Below the pieces are notes generated by a model that did not search any database, was not told the DNA's origin, and worked only from the letters and a program-made list of their open reading frames with translations. The position numbers and the translations under genes are program-made. A stretch of DNA of 43,830 bases from Candidatus Micrarchaeota archaeon (GTDB lineage: Archaea > Micrarchaeota > Micrarchaeia > Anstonellales > Bilamarchaeaceae), in assembly GCA_043812915.1 (NCBI GenBank), contig JBDRLQ010000002.1, positions 1-43,830 on the forward strand. The letters are read 5' to 3'. This document shows positions 17,722 through 27,788 of this stretch, one piece after another. Every line of letters starts with the position of its first letter. Positions within the stretch are counted from its first letter, which is position 1.

Positions 17722-19508
17722 AGATAGGGATTGAGATCCACCAGCGGCTTGAAACCACCAAACTTTTCTGCAATTGCCCCTCCATGCTAGCGGACAAGGA
17801 TGACAAGCCCGACATGGAAACTGTCCGGAGGCTGCATCCTGTCTTCAGCGAGCTTGGGGAGATTGATGAGGCCTCAAGGGCCGAGTTCTCCAAGGACCGG
17901 CTGTTCCGCTACCAGTCCTTCTCGGGCAGCGACTGCCTTGTGGAAGTGGACGAGGAGCCCCCACACGCCATGAATCCGGAAGCGCTTTCCATAGCTCTCG
18001 AGATTGCGGCCCATCTTGATGCAAATCCAGTTGACGAGCTGCATGTCATGAGGAAGATGGTCATAGATGGGAGCAACACTGCCGGCTTCCAGCGGACCGC
18101 CGTAGTTGCAATGAACGGCCGTCTGGAGAGTTCGAAAGGGACTGTGGAGATACCGCTCATAGCGATAGAAGAGGAGAGCGCCGGGATAGTCGGGACCTCT
18201 GGCAACGAGGCCACGTACCGTCTGGATCGCCTCGGCATCCCTCTAGTTGAGATTAACACCGCTCCGGTGATAAGGGATGGCGAACACCTCAAGGAAGTGG
18301 CGGAGAAGCTGGGGATGCTGCTGCGTGCAACAGGCAAAGTAGCCCGGGGCCTTGGCACAATCAGGCAGGATGTGAACATCTCGACCGAGGGAGGCGCAAG
18401 GGTTGAAATCAAGGGAGCGCAGGACTTAAGGATGCTGCCCACCCTTGTTGAGCTGGAAGTGAAGAGGCAGACCTCGCTGGTTAAGATAATCCATGAACTG
18501 CGGACAGAAAAGGCATTTGATTTCTCTGCAAAGGAAACCGACGTCACAAAAATATTCTCACGCACCGCCTCAATAATAATAAAGAAGGGCCTTGAAGGGG
18601 GTGCCTCAGTAATGGCAGTCGCACTGCCAAGGCACGAAGGCTTCCTCGGAAGGGAAATCCAGCCAGGCCGCAGGTATGGCAGTGAACTTTCGGACTATGC
18701 GAAGCATGCCGGCGTCAAGGGGATAATCCACACCGATGAGGACATGAAGAAATACAACATCACGGAAAAGGAGCTTTCAGCAGTCAGGAAATCCTTAAAA
18801 TCAAAGGAGGGCGACGCAATAGTGCTGGTTGTCGCCCCGGAGAAGCAGGCGTCCGCCGCGCTGAAACAGGCAGTCCGCCGGGCTTCAATGGACTTTGTCC
18901 CGGAGGAGACCAGGAAGGCGCACCCTGATGGCACCTCATCCTACATGAGGCCGCTTCCCGGCAGGGCGAGGATGTATCCGGAAACGGACATACCGCCGAT
19001 ACCTATTACGCAGGAGCTTCTTGCGGCAACAAGGGAATCCATGGGCGAGTCCCTGGAGGAAAAGGAGAAGGGGCTAGCCAAGATTCTCAATCCTGAGATG
19101 GCCAAAAAGATGATAAGGTCCAGGCACCTCAGGCTTTTCGAGGAGCTTGTTGAAGGTGGCGCGGACCCTAAGCTGGCCGCGGTCACAATAGAGGATACGG
19201 CAGTATCCCTACGAAGGGAAGGATTCGAGATTCCCCAGCTTGAAAAGACGCTCAAGGGGCTATTCGGTGAATATTCTAAGGGCACGTTCGTAAAAGCCGC
19301 CATCCCAGACATCCTGAAGCACATGGCCAAGGGGGCCAGCGCCGAATCCGTGGTGAAAGTCTATCGCCTGCAGAGGCTGAGCGGGGCCGAGCTTGAGAAA
19401 ATAGCCGAATCAGAAGGCCATGACATGAAGGCCATTATGCGCAAGTACAGATTACAGGTGGATCCTGCGGAGCTTGCCGCCGTTTTGTCCAAAAAACGCC
19501 GGAAATAA
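17718..19508 (+). CDS. gatE: Glutamyl-tRNA(Gln) amidotransferase subunit E
   Basis: GIEIHQ, KLFC, MRKMVIDGSNTAGFQRT, LDRLGIPLVEI, GTIRQDVN, RMYPETD; ATGA overlap with gatD. Confidence 0.96.
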   Translation: MKIGIEIHQRLETTKLFCNCPSMLADKDDKPDMETVRRLHPVFSELGEIDEASRAEFSKDRLFRYQSFSGSDCLVEVDEEPPHAMNPEALSIALEIAAHLDANPVDELHVMRKMVIDGSNTAGFQRTAVVAMNGRLESSKGTVEIPLIAIEEESAGIVGTSGNEATYRLDRLGIPLVEINTAPVIRDGEHLKEVAEKLGMLLRATGKVARGLGTIRQDVNISTEGGARVEIKGAQDLRMLPTLVELEVKRQTSLVKIIHELRTEKAFDFSAKETDVTKIFSRTASIIIKKGLEGGASVMAVALPRHEGFLGREIQPGRRYGSELSDYAKHAGVKGIIHTDEDMKKYNITEKELSAVRKSLKSKEGDAIVLVVAPEKQASAALKQAVRRASMDFVPEETRKAHPDGTSSYMRPLPGRARMYPETDIPPIPITQELLAATRESMGESLEEKEKGLAKILNPEMAKKMIRSRHLRLFEELVEGGADPKLAAVTIEDTAVSLRREGFEIPQLEKTLKGLFGEYSKGTFVKAAIPDILKHMAKGASAESVVKVYRLQRLSGAELEKIAESEGHDMKAIMRKYRLQVDPAELAAVLSKKRRK

Positions 19509-19580
19509 CGCATTTCCCCTCTTTTTCCCAAGCTATTATAAAGGATGGCTGCGTTATTATATGCAGGAGGAAATATCAGA

Positions 19581-20339
19581 ATGGAACCTATGCTTATCGC
19601 ACTAATTATCGGGCTTATTGCAGGTGTTGCATCCGGAGCCTTTGGCATAGGTGGAGCGGTGATAACCGCCCCCCTTCTGAGGGTTTTACTCGATTCATCA
19701 GGCCATGTGGCCGTCGGAACGACCCTTCCGATGGTAATACCTGTGGCGTTATCCGGCCTCTATGTTTTTAGCAAGAAGAATCCCCTGAACTGGAGGGTCA
19801 TATTCATCGTCGGCCTTGTAGGCTCGATTTTCTCCATTCTCGGCGCGTACTTCACGAACAGCTTCACAGGAACGCAGCTAATGTTCTTCATAGCGCTCCT
19901 GCTTTTGATAAGCGCACTGCTGATATTCTCACGCGTGCCAAGGCCCCTCAAGTCTTATAGGAAGGATATCCTCAGGATTGGCTCAATCGGGGCCCTGGCA
20001 GGATTCGTCTCGGGATTCCTTGGGGTCGGGGGCGGAGGCTTCCTCGTCCCACTTTTCATGATTGTCCTTGGGCTCTCAATCCACGAGGCGATAGCATGCT
20101 CGCTAGGCTCCATACTGATATATGCAATTCCAGGCTCAATAACGCACTTCATGCTCAACCACGTCGATATAGACATATTAATCCCAATACTGATTTTCGG
20201 GGTGATCGGCGCCCAAATCGGTTCGCGCTTCGTCTCGGGACAGGATGAGGACAGGACCAAAACACTCATCGCCGGATTCTATGTCCTTCTAGGCCTGATA
20301 CTGCTTGCAAATGAACATCTTCTTCCCGGGATGGCATAA
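19581..20339 (+). CDS. TauE/SafE (TSUP) family membrane transporter
   Basis: Internally duplicated GAFGIGGA / GFLGVGGG motifs; about 8 hydrophobic segments; AGGAGG SD. Confidence 0.85.
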   Translation: MEPMLIALIIGLIAGVASGAFGIGGAVITAPLLRVLLDSSGHVAVGTTLPMVIPVALSGLYVFSKKNPLNWRVIFIVGLVGSIFSILGAYFTNSFTGTQLMFFIALLLLISALLIFSRVPRPLKSYRKDILRIGSIGALAGFVSGFLGVGGGGFLVPLFMIVLGLSIHEAIACSLGSILIYAIPGSITHFMLNHVDIDILIPILIFGVIGAQIGSRFVSGQDEDRTKTLIAGFYVLLGLILLANEHLLPGMA

Positions 20340-20851
20340 TGGATAGGATAAATCCCTGCTCTCTCTGCTCGGCACCCTGCTGCAAGGATTACACAGTGAC
20401 AGTCACCTCATTCGATATCCTCACCATAAGCCAGAGGGCGAAGCTTCCCCCATCAAAATTCGCTAAAATCGCCGAATGCACCCTGTTCAACAAGGACCTG
20501 GAGACAGTGCTGCGCTTTAGCGACGTGGATTTCCCGGAAGGGTATATCCTTATCATCAAGTCGCATCCCTGCTTCTTCCTTGACATAAAGAACAGGTGCA
20601 TGATTCACGAGTATGCGCCCCTCACCTGCAGGAGATACCCATTCGACATATCGGGGAGGATGAACGCGCGCTACTGCCCATCACATTCCAAGCTTCTTTT
20701 TCTCATGCAGGGCCCGGAAGTTGAAGTGAAGCCATACATGAGGCGGATTGAAGCCTACAGGAAGCTCGTCGGGGAGTGGAATGACAATCCCGGCCGCCAC
20801 CAGGACTGCCTTGAGTGGCTCCTCAAGAGAAGCGCAGAGCACAGATTCTGA
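20339..20851 (+). CDS. YkgJ/UPF0153-type cysteine-cluster protein
   Basis: CSLCSAPCC ... CFFLD..RCMIHEYAPLTCRRYPF. Confidence 0.85.
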   Translation: MDRINPCSLCSAPCCKDYTVTVTSFDILTISQRAKLPPSKFAKIAECTLFNKDLETVLRFSDVDFPEGYILIIKSHPCFFLDIKNRCMIHEYAPLTCRRYPFDISGRMNARYCPSHSKLLFLMQGPEVEVKPYMRRIEAYRKLVGEWNDNPGRHQDCLEWLLKRSAEHRF

Positions 20852-20883
20852 CCTTTAAAAGAGTTTCTACATATCTACTTCCT

Positions 20884-21957
20884 ATGGCGAAAGTTCATGT
20901 AGTCGGTGCCGGGCCTGCAGGTTGCATATCAGCCATCAGCGCCGCGAGGCAGGGGCACAAGGTCTATGTCTCCGAGGAGCATAAACAGGCAGGCACGCCA
21001 GTTAACTGCTCCGGCTTATTCTCGAAAGAAGGCCTCGACTCCCTCAGGGACATCATAAATTACCGGAAATTCATCGTCAATGATATGTGGGGGGCAGATA
21101 TCCACTTCGTGGACGAGCTGCTCCTTGTGCGCTCAAAAAAGACCATGGGCTATGTCTGTGACAGGGCGGCTTTCGACACCGAACTTGCTTCCACCGCTGA
21201 AATCGAGGGCGCGAGGATTTCCTTCGGGGAGCGCGTGAAGGACGAGTTCAAGGCGCCGAATGTAATCGGCGCTGACGGGCCGAATTCCCATATCGCCAGG
21301 CATTTCGGGATGGGCAATGTGGGGAGGGTGGTTTCCACTCTAAGGGGAATAGCGAAATATTCCACGGGGGACAAGCACATAGCCAAGGTATTCCTGTCAT
21401 CCACCCACTTTCCCGGCTTCTTCGGATGGATAATCCCCCACGACGAGGAGAATGCCGAATTCGGGGTTGGCGTGGAGCTTCCAAATGATGTGCAGGAAGC
21501 ATGGAAGCACTTGCTTAAGCTCGTCAAGGTAACGGACGCACCCAGGCCAACAGGCGCGATAATACCGATAGATATCCGGGAGAAAACTGCCATAAAGGAT
21601 AAGAAGACCAATGTCCTGCTGGTCGGAGATGCCGCAGGCCAGGTGAAAGCCACTTCAGGAGGCGGGGTTGTCTTCGGTGGGCTCTGCGCCAAGATTGCGG
21701 GCCAGCATTTCACCAATCCGCTCCGCTATAATGTAGAATGGAGAATGAGGTATGGGGCGGATTTGGGTCTGCACAAGATGGCCAGGGATTTCCTGAACTG
21801 GAAAACCGATTCGGAACTGAAGGCGTTCGGCAGGCGCCTTCGCAAGATGCGCTTTGATGAATACTTATCCAAGAACGGAAGCATGGATCGGCCAAGCAAG
21901 ATGATAAAGCCGCAGATGCTGCTTCACCTTATGAAGAATATCGCAGGAGATGATTGA
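20884..21957 (+). CDS. Geranylgeranyl reductase family FAD oxidoreductase
   Basis: VVGAGPAG, DRAAFD, IGADG, PGFFGWIIP, LVGDAAGQVK..GGG; coupled to the GGGP synthase gene. Confidence 0.85.
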   Translation: MAKVHVVGAGPAGCISAISAARQGHKVYVSEEHKQAGTPVNCSGLFSKEGLDSLRDIINYRKFIVNDMWGADIHFVDELLLVRSKKTMGYVCDRAAFDTELASTAEIEGARISFGERVKDEFKAPNVIGADGPNSHIARHFGMGNVGRVVSTLRGIAKYSTGDKHIAKVFLSSTHFPGFFGWIIPHDEENAEFGVGVELPNDVQEAWKHLLKLVKVTDAPRPTGAIIPIDIREKTAIKDKKTNVLLVGDAAGQVKATSGGGVVFGGLCAKIAGQHFTNPLRYNVEWRMRYGADLGLHKMARDFLNWKTDSELKAFGRRLRKMRFDEYLSKNGSMDRPSKMIKPQMLLHLMKNIAGDD

Positions 21958-22723
21958 CATGCAGGGAAAGATTGAGAGATACATACTTGAAGAACTGGAA
22001 CAGAAGAAAGGGCTTCTCTTTGCGCTTATCGATCCGCTGGACTACAGGAGCCAGGAAGAGGCGGTCGCGACCGCCAAGCATGCTGACGAGGCGGATGCCG
22101 ACATCATCCTCATAGGAGGGAGCACAGGCGTTCAGGGGGAGCCTCTTGACATGGTGGCAAAGGCAATCAAGGAGAATGTGTCGAAACCTGTCGTGCTCTT
22201 CCCTGGCAACATCGGCACCCTAACAAAATACGCCGACGCGGTATACTTCATGTCAATGCTCAATTCCAGGAATCCCTACTGGATAAGCGGCGCGCAGATG
22301 CTCGCCGCCCCGATGGTTAAGCATTATGGCGTTGAGCCGCTTCCCGTCGGCTATTTGGTGGTTGAGCCTGGAGGCACCGTCGGCTGGGTTGGCGATGCGA
22401 AAAGGATTCCCCGGGACAAGCCGGCGCTCGCAGCAGCCTTCGCCCTTGCCGCGCAGCACATGGGCTTCAGGTTCGTGATTACCGATACTGGCAGCAATCC
22501 TGAGGATGGGCATATCCCTCTTGAAATGGTAAAGGCGGTCAAGCAGGCAATAGACATCCCTTATATTGTTGCAGGCGGCGTGCGCACTCCCGAGCAGGCA
22601 AAAAACGTAATAAAATCAGGCGCGGACATAATACAAGTTGGAACCGCTTTCGAGAAAGAGGGCACGGTCGCCAAAATCAAGAAGATGGTAAAAGCAGTGC
22701 GCGAGGGCGCCGCCTCACGCTGA
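21950..22723 (+). CDS. Geranylgeranylglyceryl phosphate synthase
   Basis: LIDP, IGGSTG, LFPGN, SMLNSRNPYWI, GYLVVEPG, AGGVR. Confidence 0.9.
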   Translation: MIDMQGKIERYILEELEQKKGLLFALIDPLDYRSQEEAVATAKHADEADADIILIGGSTGVQGEPLDMVAKAIKENVSKPVVLFPGNIGTLTKYADAVYFMSMLNSRNPYWISGAQMLAAPMVKHYGVEPLPVGYLVVEPGGTVGWVGDAKRIPRDKPALAAAFALAAQHMGFRFVITDTGSNPEDGHIPLEMVKAVKQAIDIPYIVAGGVRTPEQAKNVIKSGADIIQVGTAFEKEGTVAKIKKMVKAVREGAASR

Positions 22724-22727
22724 CTTT

Positions 22728-23831
22728 TCAGAGGCCGAACAATCCCAGGAACTCGTCATCTATCCCGGAGACGGTCAGGCTGGTGCATTTCGCCTCTGTC
22801 TGAAGCAGGGCTGAGATGCTCGGCTCGCTCCGGCCCTCATCCCCTGAAATCAGCTCTTTTATGTAAGTGCCGGCCTCCGCCTTAATCCTAATCATCGCCG
22901 TGTTCCCTGAATGCTTCAGCACAGAGATAGAGAGTATCCTCCTGTTCCTTACCAGGTCTGCCCTCCTGTGCGCGACCCTTTTTGGGGTTCTCTGCCTTAG
23001 CATCTCACCTTCAAGCGTAACTATCTTTTCAACATCCTCCTTTCCGATATCCCTTCTGAATTCTATCTCGGCCTCATACTCCTTGTTGAAATGCGATTCA
23101 GTCACAAGCTCGACATATCCCCTCGGGACAATTGCAAGGCTACGGACAATGATTTCTTTGCCCTTGCCAATCTCCTCTGCGAGCCTCACAAGGTCGGGCC
23201 TCATGTTTTCAGGGTTCTTTACAGAGAGTACGAATGGCCTTCCTGCCGAATTCAGCGCGTCCACATCCTCGCGGCCAGAGGCATGCAAAGAATAGCTGCT
23301 TGCCATGCATTCGCTTTTGGCAGGCTCTCCGATTTTCTCCTCTATGGATTCGTAGTTCTTGCCTTTCCCGCCGCACCTTTTGCAGCCCTTCCCATTGCAT
23401 AATTTGCAAGTCCACCTGCTCTGCGATATGCCGGCAACGAGTTTCTCATATCTTCCGAAGATATTCAAATCGCTCCTCTCAAGGAAGACGTTGCCGCTCC
23501 TCAAATCGAAAGAAATCCTGCAATCCGCCTCAGGCTGGTAACTGAGCCCTGTAGATTTTTCCACCAAGGCGCTAAGCGCCCTGTTCATGTAGTTCTTTAT
23601 GCTCTGCCCATCCCTCATGCCACAGTCCCAGATGTCCTCCTCCCTGATCATCCAGTCCTTCGGGATGGTGGTGGATATTGAAAAGCTCGTGAATTTCCTG
23701 CCCTTCAGCAGCCCCTCTGCCTTCTCTAGGAGTGTGCCTGTGGAGGGCATCCCCCCCTCGCATATGTGGCACTGCCCCTCCTTGAAGCTGCCTCCATTGG
23801 CCTTATTGCATTCAGAACAAAGTGTGTACAT
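22728..23831 (-). CDS. pus10: tRNA pseudouridine(54/55) synthase
   Basis: GRYEKL..ISQ, HASGREDVD, QRTPKRVAHRRAD, GTYIKELISGDEGR. Confidence 0.93.
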   Translation of the reverse strand: MYTLCSECNKANGGSFKEGQCHICEGGMPSTGTLLEKAEGLLKGRKFTSFSISTTIPKDWMIREEDIWDCGMRDGQSIKNYMNRALSALVEKSTGLSYQPEADCRISFDLRSGNVFLERSDLNIFGRYEKLVAGISQSRWTCKLCNGKGCKRCGGKGKNYESIEEKIGEPAKSECMASSYSLHASGREDVDALNSAGRPFVLSVKNPENMRPDLVRLAEEIGKGKEIIVRSLAIVPRGYVELVTESHFNKEYEAEIEFRRDIGKEDVEKIVTLEGEMLRQRTPKRVAHRRADLVRNRRILSISVLKHSGNTAMIRIKAEAGTYIKELISGDEGRSEPSISALLQTEAKCTSLTVSGIDDEFLGLFGL

Positions 23832-23832
23832 T

Positions 23833-24192
23833 CTACAGCCCTATCTCTTTGTGCGGTACTGATGAAAGGGCATTCTTTATCCGGTAGCCCTCTATAATGA
23901 GCGATGCGCGCCTTATCTTGTTGAGCGGCATCCCTCCAGGTTCTGATGTCACAAGCGCACTCTCTATGTATAATCCGAAATCCGCTAGCGTTTTGGTGTC
24001 ATTGTCCGCCATGTGCTTGAGCACCTGAACCACCAGCAGCCTCCCGTCCTGGTCGCTGCCCCAGATGCTCATCGCGAGGGCAACCTGGTTGATGAAGTGG
24101 CCTTTGTCATCCTCGTCCATCCCCTGCCAGGTCTCGATTATCCTCTTTTCTGTCTCGGCATCAGCCAATTCTGAGATGTCCATTGTGCTCAT
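23833..24192 (-). CDS. Hypothetical helical protein
   Basis: 119-aa ORF packed between its neighbours (4-nt overlap upstream, 1-nt gap to pus10). Confidence 0.7.
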   Translation of the reverse strand: MSTMDISELADAETEKRIIETWQGMDEDDKGHFINQVALAMSIWGSDQDGRLLVVQVLKHMADNDTKTLADFGLYIESALVTSEPGGMPLNKIRRASLIIEGYRIKNALSSVPHKEIGL

Positions 24193-24521
24193 CTCCTGGG
24201 GGCCCGCCTGCCCTCTTCGATAAATCTTTGGAGGTCAACATGCCCGCTCTCAAGCTTCTCCGAAAGGTCAAGCGCCGCTTCCAGCGCGTCCGCCCTGATG
24301 TCCTCCCTCACAACGCGCCTGGGGACAGAGCCCTGAAATCTCCTTTGCTCTCTTGCCCTCATCCCTGCCTGCTCGAATTCCTGGAGCTGGTCTTGGGTGA
24401 ACTGCCCGAGCCTGAAGCCTGAGCTTCTCCCATGCTGCCCTACCATCTCAAGGAACTCATTCAGTCTCTCAGTGAGTGTTCTTTTCCTCTGGAGTTCGGC
24501 TGCCTCAGCTGTCCTGACCAT
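24189..24521 (-). CDS. Hypothetical charged protein
   Basis: ATG 24521 with GGTG upstream; ATGA overlap with the next gene. Confidence 0.6.
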   Translation of the reverse strand: MVRTAEAAELQRKRTLTERLNEFLEMVGQHGRSSGFRLGQFTQDQLQEFEQAGMRAREQRRFQGSVPRRVVREDIRADALEAALDLSEKLESGHVDLQRFIEEGRRAPRR

Positions 24522-24624
24522 GTTTAGCACCGTTCTAATTATCGAGAGAACACTTAAATTGATTGCGCACCTTCGGCACCCTTAAAGACTGTTTTTAAAC
24601 GGTTGGCAACAAGGGAATTCCAGA

Positions 24625-25392
24625 ATGTCCATGGATGGGAACAGAACCCGGATCCGGATTGCAGTCATAGGGACCGAAAATGCCAACACCCCCCTAAAAG
24701 CGCAGGATGGGATGTCCAGTCTCACGGCAGAGACGGCCAAGAGGTTCGATGAGCTGGGTGCGGAAACCATTACTTACAAGCCAGCAGAAGACGGCAAGGA
24801 CTTGCCTGGACTAGGAGCGTGCGATGCAATTGTTATCGGAGGCTCCAAACTCAATATCCGGGATGAGGATTTGCATGAAAATCCCTGGATGCACACGCTG
24901 CTTGATTTCATAGGTGAGTGCCACGGTGAAGTTCCGATGCTGGGGATATGCTTCGGCCACCAGGCGATAGCCCGCAGGTTCGGGGTCAAGGTACAGTCCT
25001 TCGGCCCTGATATTGTTTATGGCGGCGGCTTCTCGCAGGTATCTCTCACTGAGGATGGGAAAAAGGATGCCCTTTTTGCGGGCATGCCCGATGAATTTGC
25101 AGCCCTCTTCTCCCATTTCTACTATGTTCCACAGCCTCCAGAAAGCGGAACTGCCCTTCTTTGCGGCATTAACCCTGGCGTCCATGCATTCCGCGTCGGA
25201 GAACGCACCTGGGGGGTGCAGTACCACCCTGAGCTCACAGTGTCAAGTGCCCGCTGGCTGCTTTCACAGAAACGGGAAGCGCTGGAAGCAAAGGGCGTCG
25301 ATGTCAATGCAATGATAGAATCATTATCCTCCGGCCCCCGCATAGACAATCTGGTGCTGAACAACTTCGCAGAAATAGTGAAAAAAGGCTAG
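24625..25392 (+). CDS. Stand-alone class I glutamine amidotransferase
   Basis: LGICFGHQ nucleophile elbow and QYHPE triad. Confidence 0.9.
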   Translation: MSMDGNRTRIRIAVIGTENANTPLKAQDGMSSLTAETAKRFDELGAETITYKPAEDGKDLPGLGACDAIVIGGSKLNIRDEDLHENPWMHTLLDFIGECHGEVPMLGICFGHQAIARRFGVKVQSFGPDIVYGGGFSQVSLTEDGKKDALFAGMPDEFAALFSHFYYVPQPPESGTALLCGINPGVHAFRVGERTWGVQYHPELTVSSARWLLSQKREALEAKGVDVNAMIESLSSGPRIDNLVLNNFAEIVKKG

Positions 25393-27446
25393 AAGAAACT
25401 GTCCAGGCTCTTCTGCTTCCCCCCGATTTTCAGCCCGTATTCATCATAGCCGAGCTCCTTGAGTATCTTCATCACCGCAGGCAGCAGCTGGTTGTTCAGG
25501 TAATAGTCGGCATCATAGTTCTTGGCGGAATCCGCCGGCTCGGCGCGCTCGGATATGCTCCCCCCACCCTGGGTTATCACATAGGAGATTATGCTTCCCT
25601 GCTCGATCAGGAGCCCTCTTTTGAGCATCTTTTTTGCGGCAGACAGTTCTGGGCTGACTATCTCATATTTTGAGATGTCCTTGTTCAGCTGGGTGCTTAT
25701 CGCCAGCTCATCAATCGGGACATCCCCCTCCTGCAGCCTCCTGATTGTGTCCCTTACGATTTTCACCGCCTTCTCCTTGCTGCCGTCCTTGAGGATTGCC
25801 TCGAGCACCTGCTTCTGGGTGTTCTTGGCGATTGGCGACCAGTCCCGTCTTACAAGCTCGAAGCCCCTAATCTTGATTCTCCCATCCTCGCCGATAAGCG
25901 CGTACTTCTTCTTTGCGCCCCTCTCCCCGCCGCCTTTTTTGCTGACAAAAACCCCTCTTGGGTAGAATCCTTCCAGCTCGAGCTCCATCTTCTCCGGAAG
26001 CGACGCATTCACCTCATCCATGAACCTTATTACCGAATCCCTGTCCTTGTGGATAAGGAAGACACTATCCGTATCAGCGTAAAGCACCTGGAATCCGCTT
26101 TCTTCTGCCTTCTTTATAGTCTCATTAATGTGCTTTCTTCCCCATGCAGTCACGCTCTCTGCGCACGGCCTGGAGTACCACCTGGAACGGGCATACCCCA
26201 GGTATCCGTAGAATGAGTTGGATACGATCTTGATGGCGTGGGAGCGCGCGCTCATCCTCACATATTCGTCACTATCCTTGTCCATTGCCCTAAGCTGCGC
26301 CTTCAGCTGCGCGCGCAGGTCCACAAGGTGCTCCAGAACAGACGGGACAAGCCCCTTGGTGCTCTTGATGAACTTTGCGCCTGTTGGTGAGATGTGGGCA
26401 TCCCCATCCCCACCGGTTAGCGTATCCGGATCTATATTGTACGAGATTATGATCGATGGGTACAGTCCCCTGAAGTCCAGTACTGCCATGTTCTCGTAAA
26501 TACCGGGCTCTGGTAGCTTCACAAAAGCCCCCTGAATCGGATCATTGAGCCTCTCATGAATAGTGTCCCCCCCCGGCTTGGACGGGATGAGCATCCCCCG
26601 GCCGCTCGCCTCCGCCATCAGCAGATTCTCCACCATCTGCCCGCTTGTAGATAACACGGTCTCGAAGAGGGGAAGCCTGACAAGGCTGGAGAGCTCCATT
26701 CCGATGGGGATGAACCGTTCCCCCAGCTCCATTGCCAGCTCAGAATCCACAAGCGAATAATCAAGCAGCTTATCAATATTCCCCGAATCCCAGTCCTTCC
26801 ACATGGTCTCCTTTTCAATCTCGATTTTCCGCTTTCCGAGAACTTCCTTCGCTATGGAATCCAGCGTGAATCTCTGCGCCTTGATGATTCCTATAATCCC
26901 AAGGAAGCGCACAAGCGGATAGAGGTCGACATGGATTCTCCCCGGGACCCTGATTCCTGTTACCTGCCCTTTGGTAAGCTTCCTCGGGGCCGAGCTTCCT
27001 TTCCAGATTGAGAAGTCCGCTTTTGTAGCCTCGGCCCTTGCCATGAGGTATGGAATATCGAAATTCCCTGAGTTATAGCCGTAGAGAATGTCCGGGTCCT
27101 CCTTCCTTACAATCTCAGAAAACCTCTCGAGCATCTCCTTCTCGCTCCCAAGGGATTCAACGAATTCCCTATCAGATTCCTTCCAGGTGAGCACTCCCTT
27201 TTTCTTCCCGCAATAGCTAATCATGATTGCCGGATCTTTCTTCTCCCTGGGCATGCCGACGGGGTTGTACGTCTCTATATCAAAGGCAAGCGCGCTCAGT
27301 TCGGGCTCACCAGGGGTGACCTTCAGAATCTTCTTTATGACTGGTCCTTCCCTCTCGTAGCTTATTATGTGGAGCGGGGTGAGCCTGTAGTCGAAGATGA
27401 ACCGTCTTGCGAACGGGATGTTGTACTCAAAGCACTTGAAGGGCAT
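25389..27446 (-). CDS. polB: Family B DNA polymerase, exonuclease and polymerase portion (downstream of frameshift)
   Basis: FDIETY, YNSGNFDIPYL, DFRGLYPSII, KIVSNSFYGY, YADTDS, KKKY; C-terminal PIP box QKSLDSFF. Confidence 0.95.
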   Translation of the reverse strand: MPFKCFEYNIPFARRFIFDYRLTPLHIISYEREGPVIKKILKVTPGEPELSALAFDIETYNPVGMPREKKDPAIMISYCGKKKGVLTWKESDREFVESLGSEKEMLERFSEIVRKEDPDILYGYNSGNFDIPYLMARAEATKADFSIWKGSSAPRKLTKGQVTGIRVPGRIHVDLYPLVRFLGIIGIIKAQRFTLDSIAKEVLGKRKIEIEKETMWKDWDSGNIDKLLDYSLVDSELAMELGERFIPIGMELSSLVRLPLFETVLSTSGQMVENLLMAEASGRGMLIPSKPGGDTIHERLNDPIQGAFVKLPEPGIYENMAVLDFRGLYPSIIISYNIDPDTLTGGDGDAHISPTGAKFIKSTKGLVPSVLEHLVDLRAQLKAQLRAMDKDSDEYVRMSARSHAIKIVSNSFYGYLGYARSRWYSRPCAESVTAWGRKHINETIKKAEESGFQVLYADTDSVFLIHKDRDSVIRFMDEVNASLPEKMELELEGFYPRGVFVSKKGGGERGAKKKYALIGEDGRIKIRGFELVRRDWSPIAKNTQKQVLEAILKDGSKEKAVKIVRDTIRRLQEGDVPIDELAISTQLNKDISKYEIVSPELSAAKKMLKRGLLIEQGSIISYVITQGGGSISERAEPADSAKNYDADYYLNNQLLPAVMKILKELGYDEYGLKIGGKQKSLDSFF

Positions 27447-27754
27447 GGCGTCTTGAGCACCGGCACGTCCTGCGGGAATCTGCAGAAGAGCTTCAGAAGC
27501 CGCCTCTCCTCAGGCCCGGAATGCAGCGTCACTTCCTCCACCCTCAGAGGGGTGACCACCTCGCCATTGTTCCTCCTGCCTGCGACCTTTAGCAAATCAT
27601 CCTTCCGCTCAAGCGGCGCGTCCACGAGGAAATATGGGTCATGCTGGTAGTATAACTTTGCCACTTTCTTTCCTTTTACAAGAAGGGTGACATAGGTTCT
27701 CCCATTCTTTATCGAGTAGCTGGCATCTAGAAAAAATGCCCTCCGCCTAACCAT
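27365..27754 (-). CDS. polB: Family B DNA polymerase N-terminal fragment (upstream of a -1 frameshift near 27450)
   Basis: FLDASY, PYFLV and PQDVPVLK resemble the PolB N-terminus. The expected continuation EYNIPFARRF is in the other frame. Confidence 0.8.
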   Translation of the reverse strand: MVRRRAFFLDASYSIKNGRTYVTLLVKGKKVAKLYYQHDPYFLVDAPLERKDDLLKVAGRRNNGEVVTPLRVEEVTLHSGPEERRLLKLFCRFPQDVPVLKTPCPSSALSTTSRSQDGSSSTTGSPRST

Positions 27755-27788
27755 GTTAAGGTATCACAGGCGGCAAATAAAAAGATGA

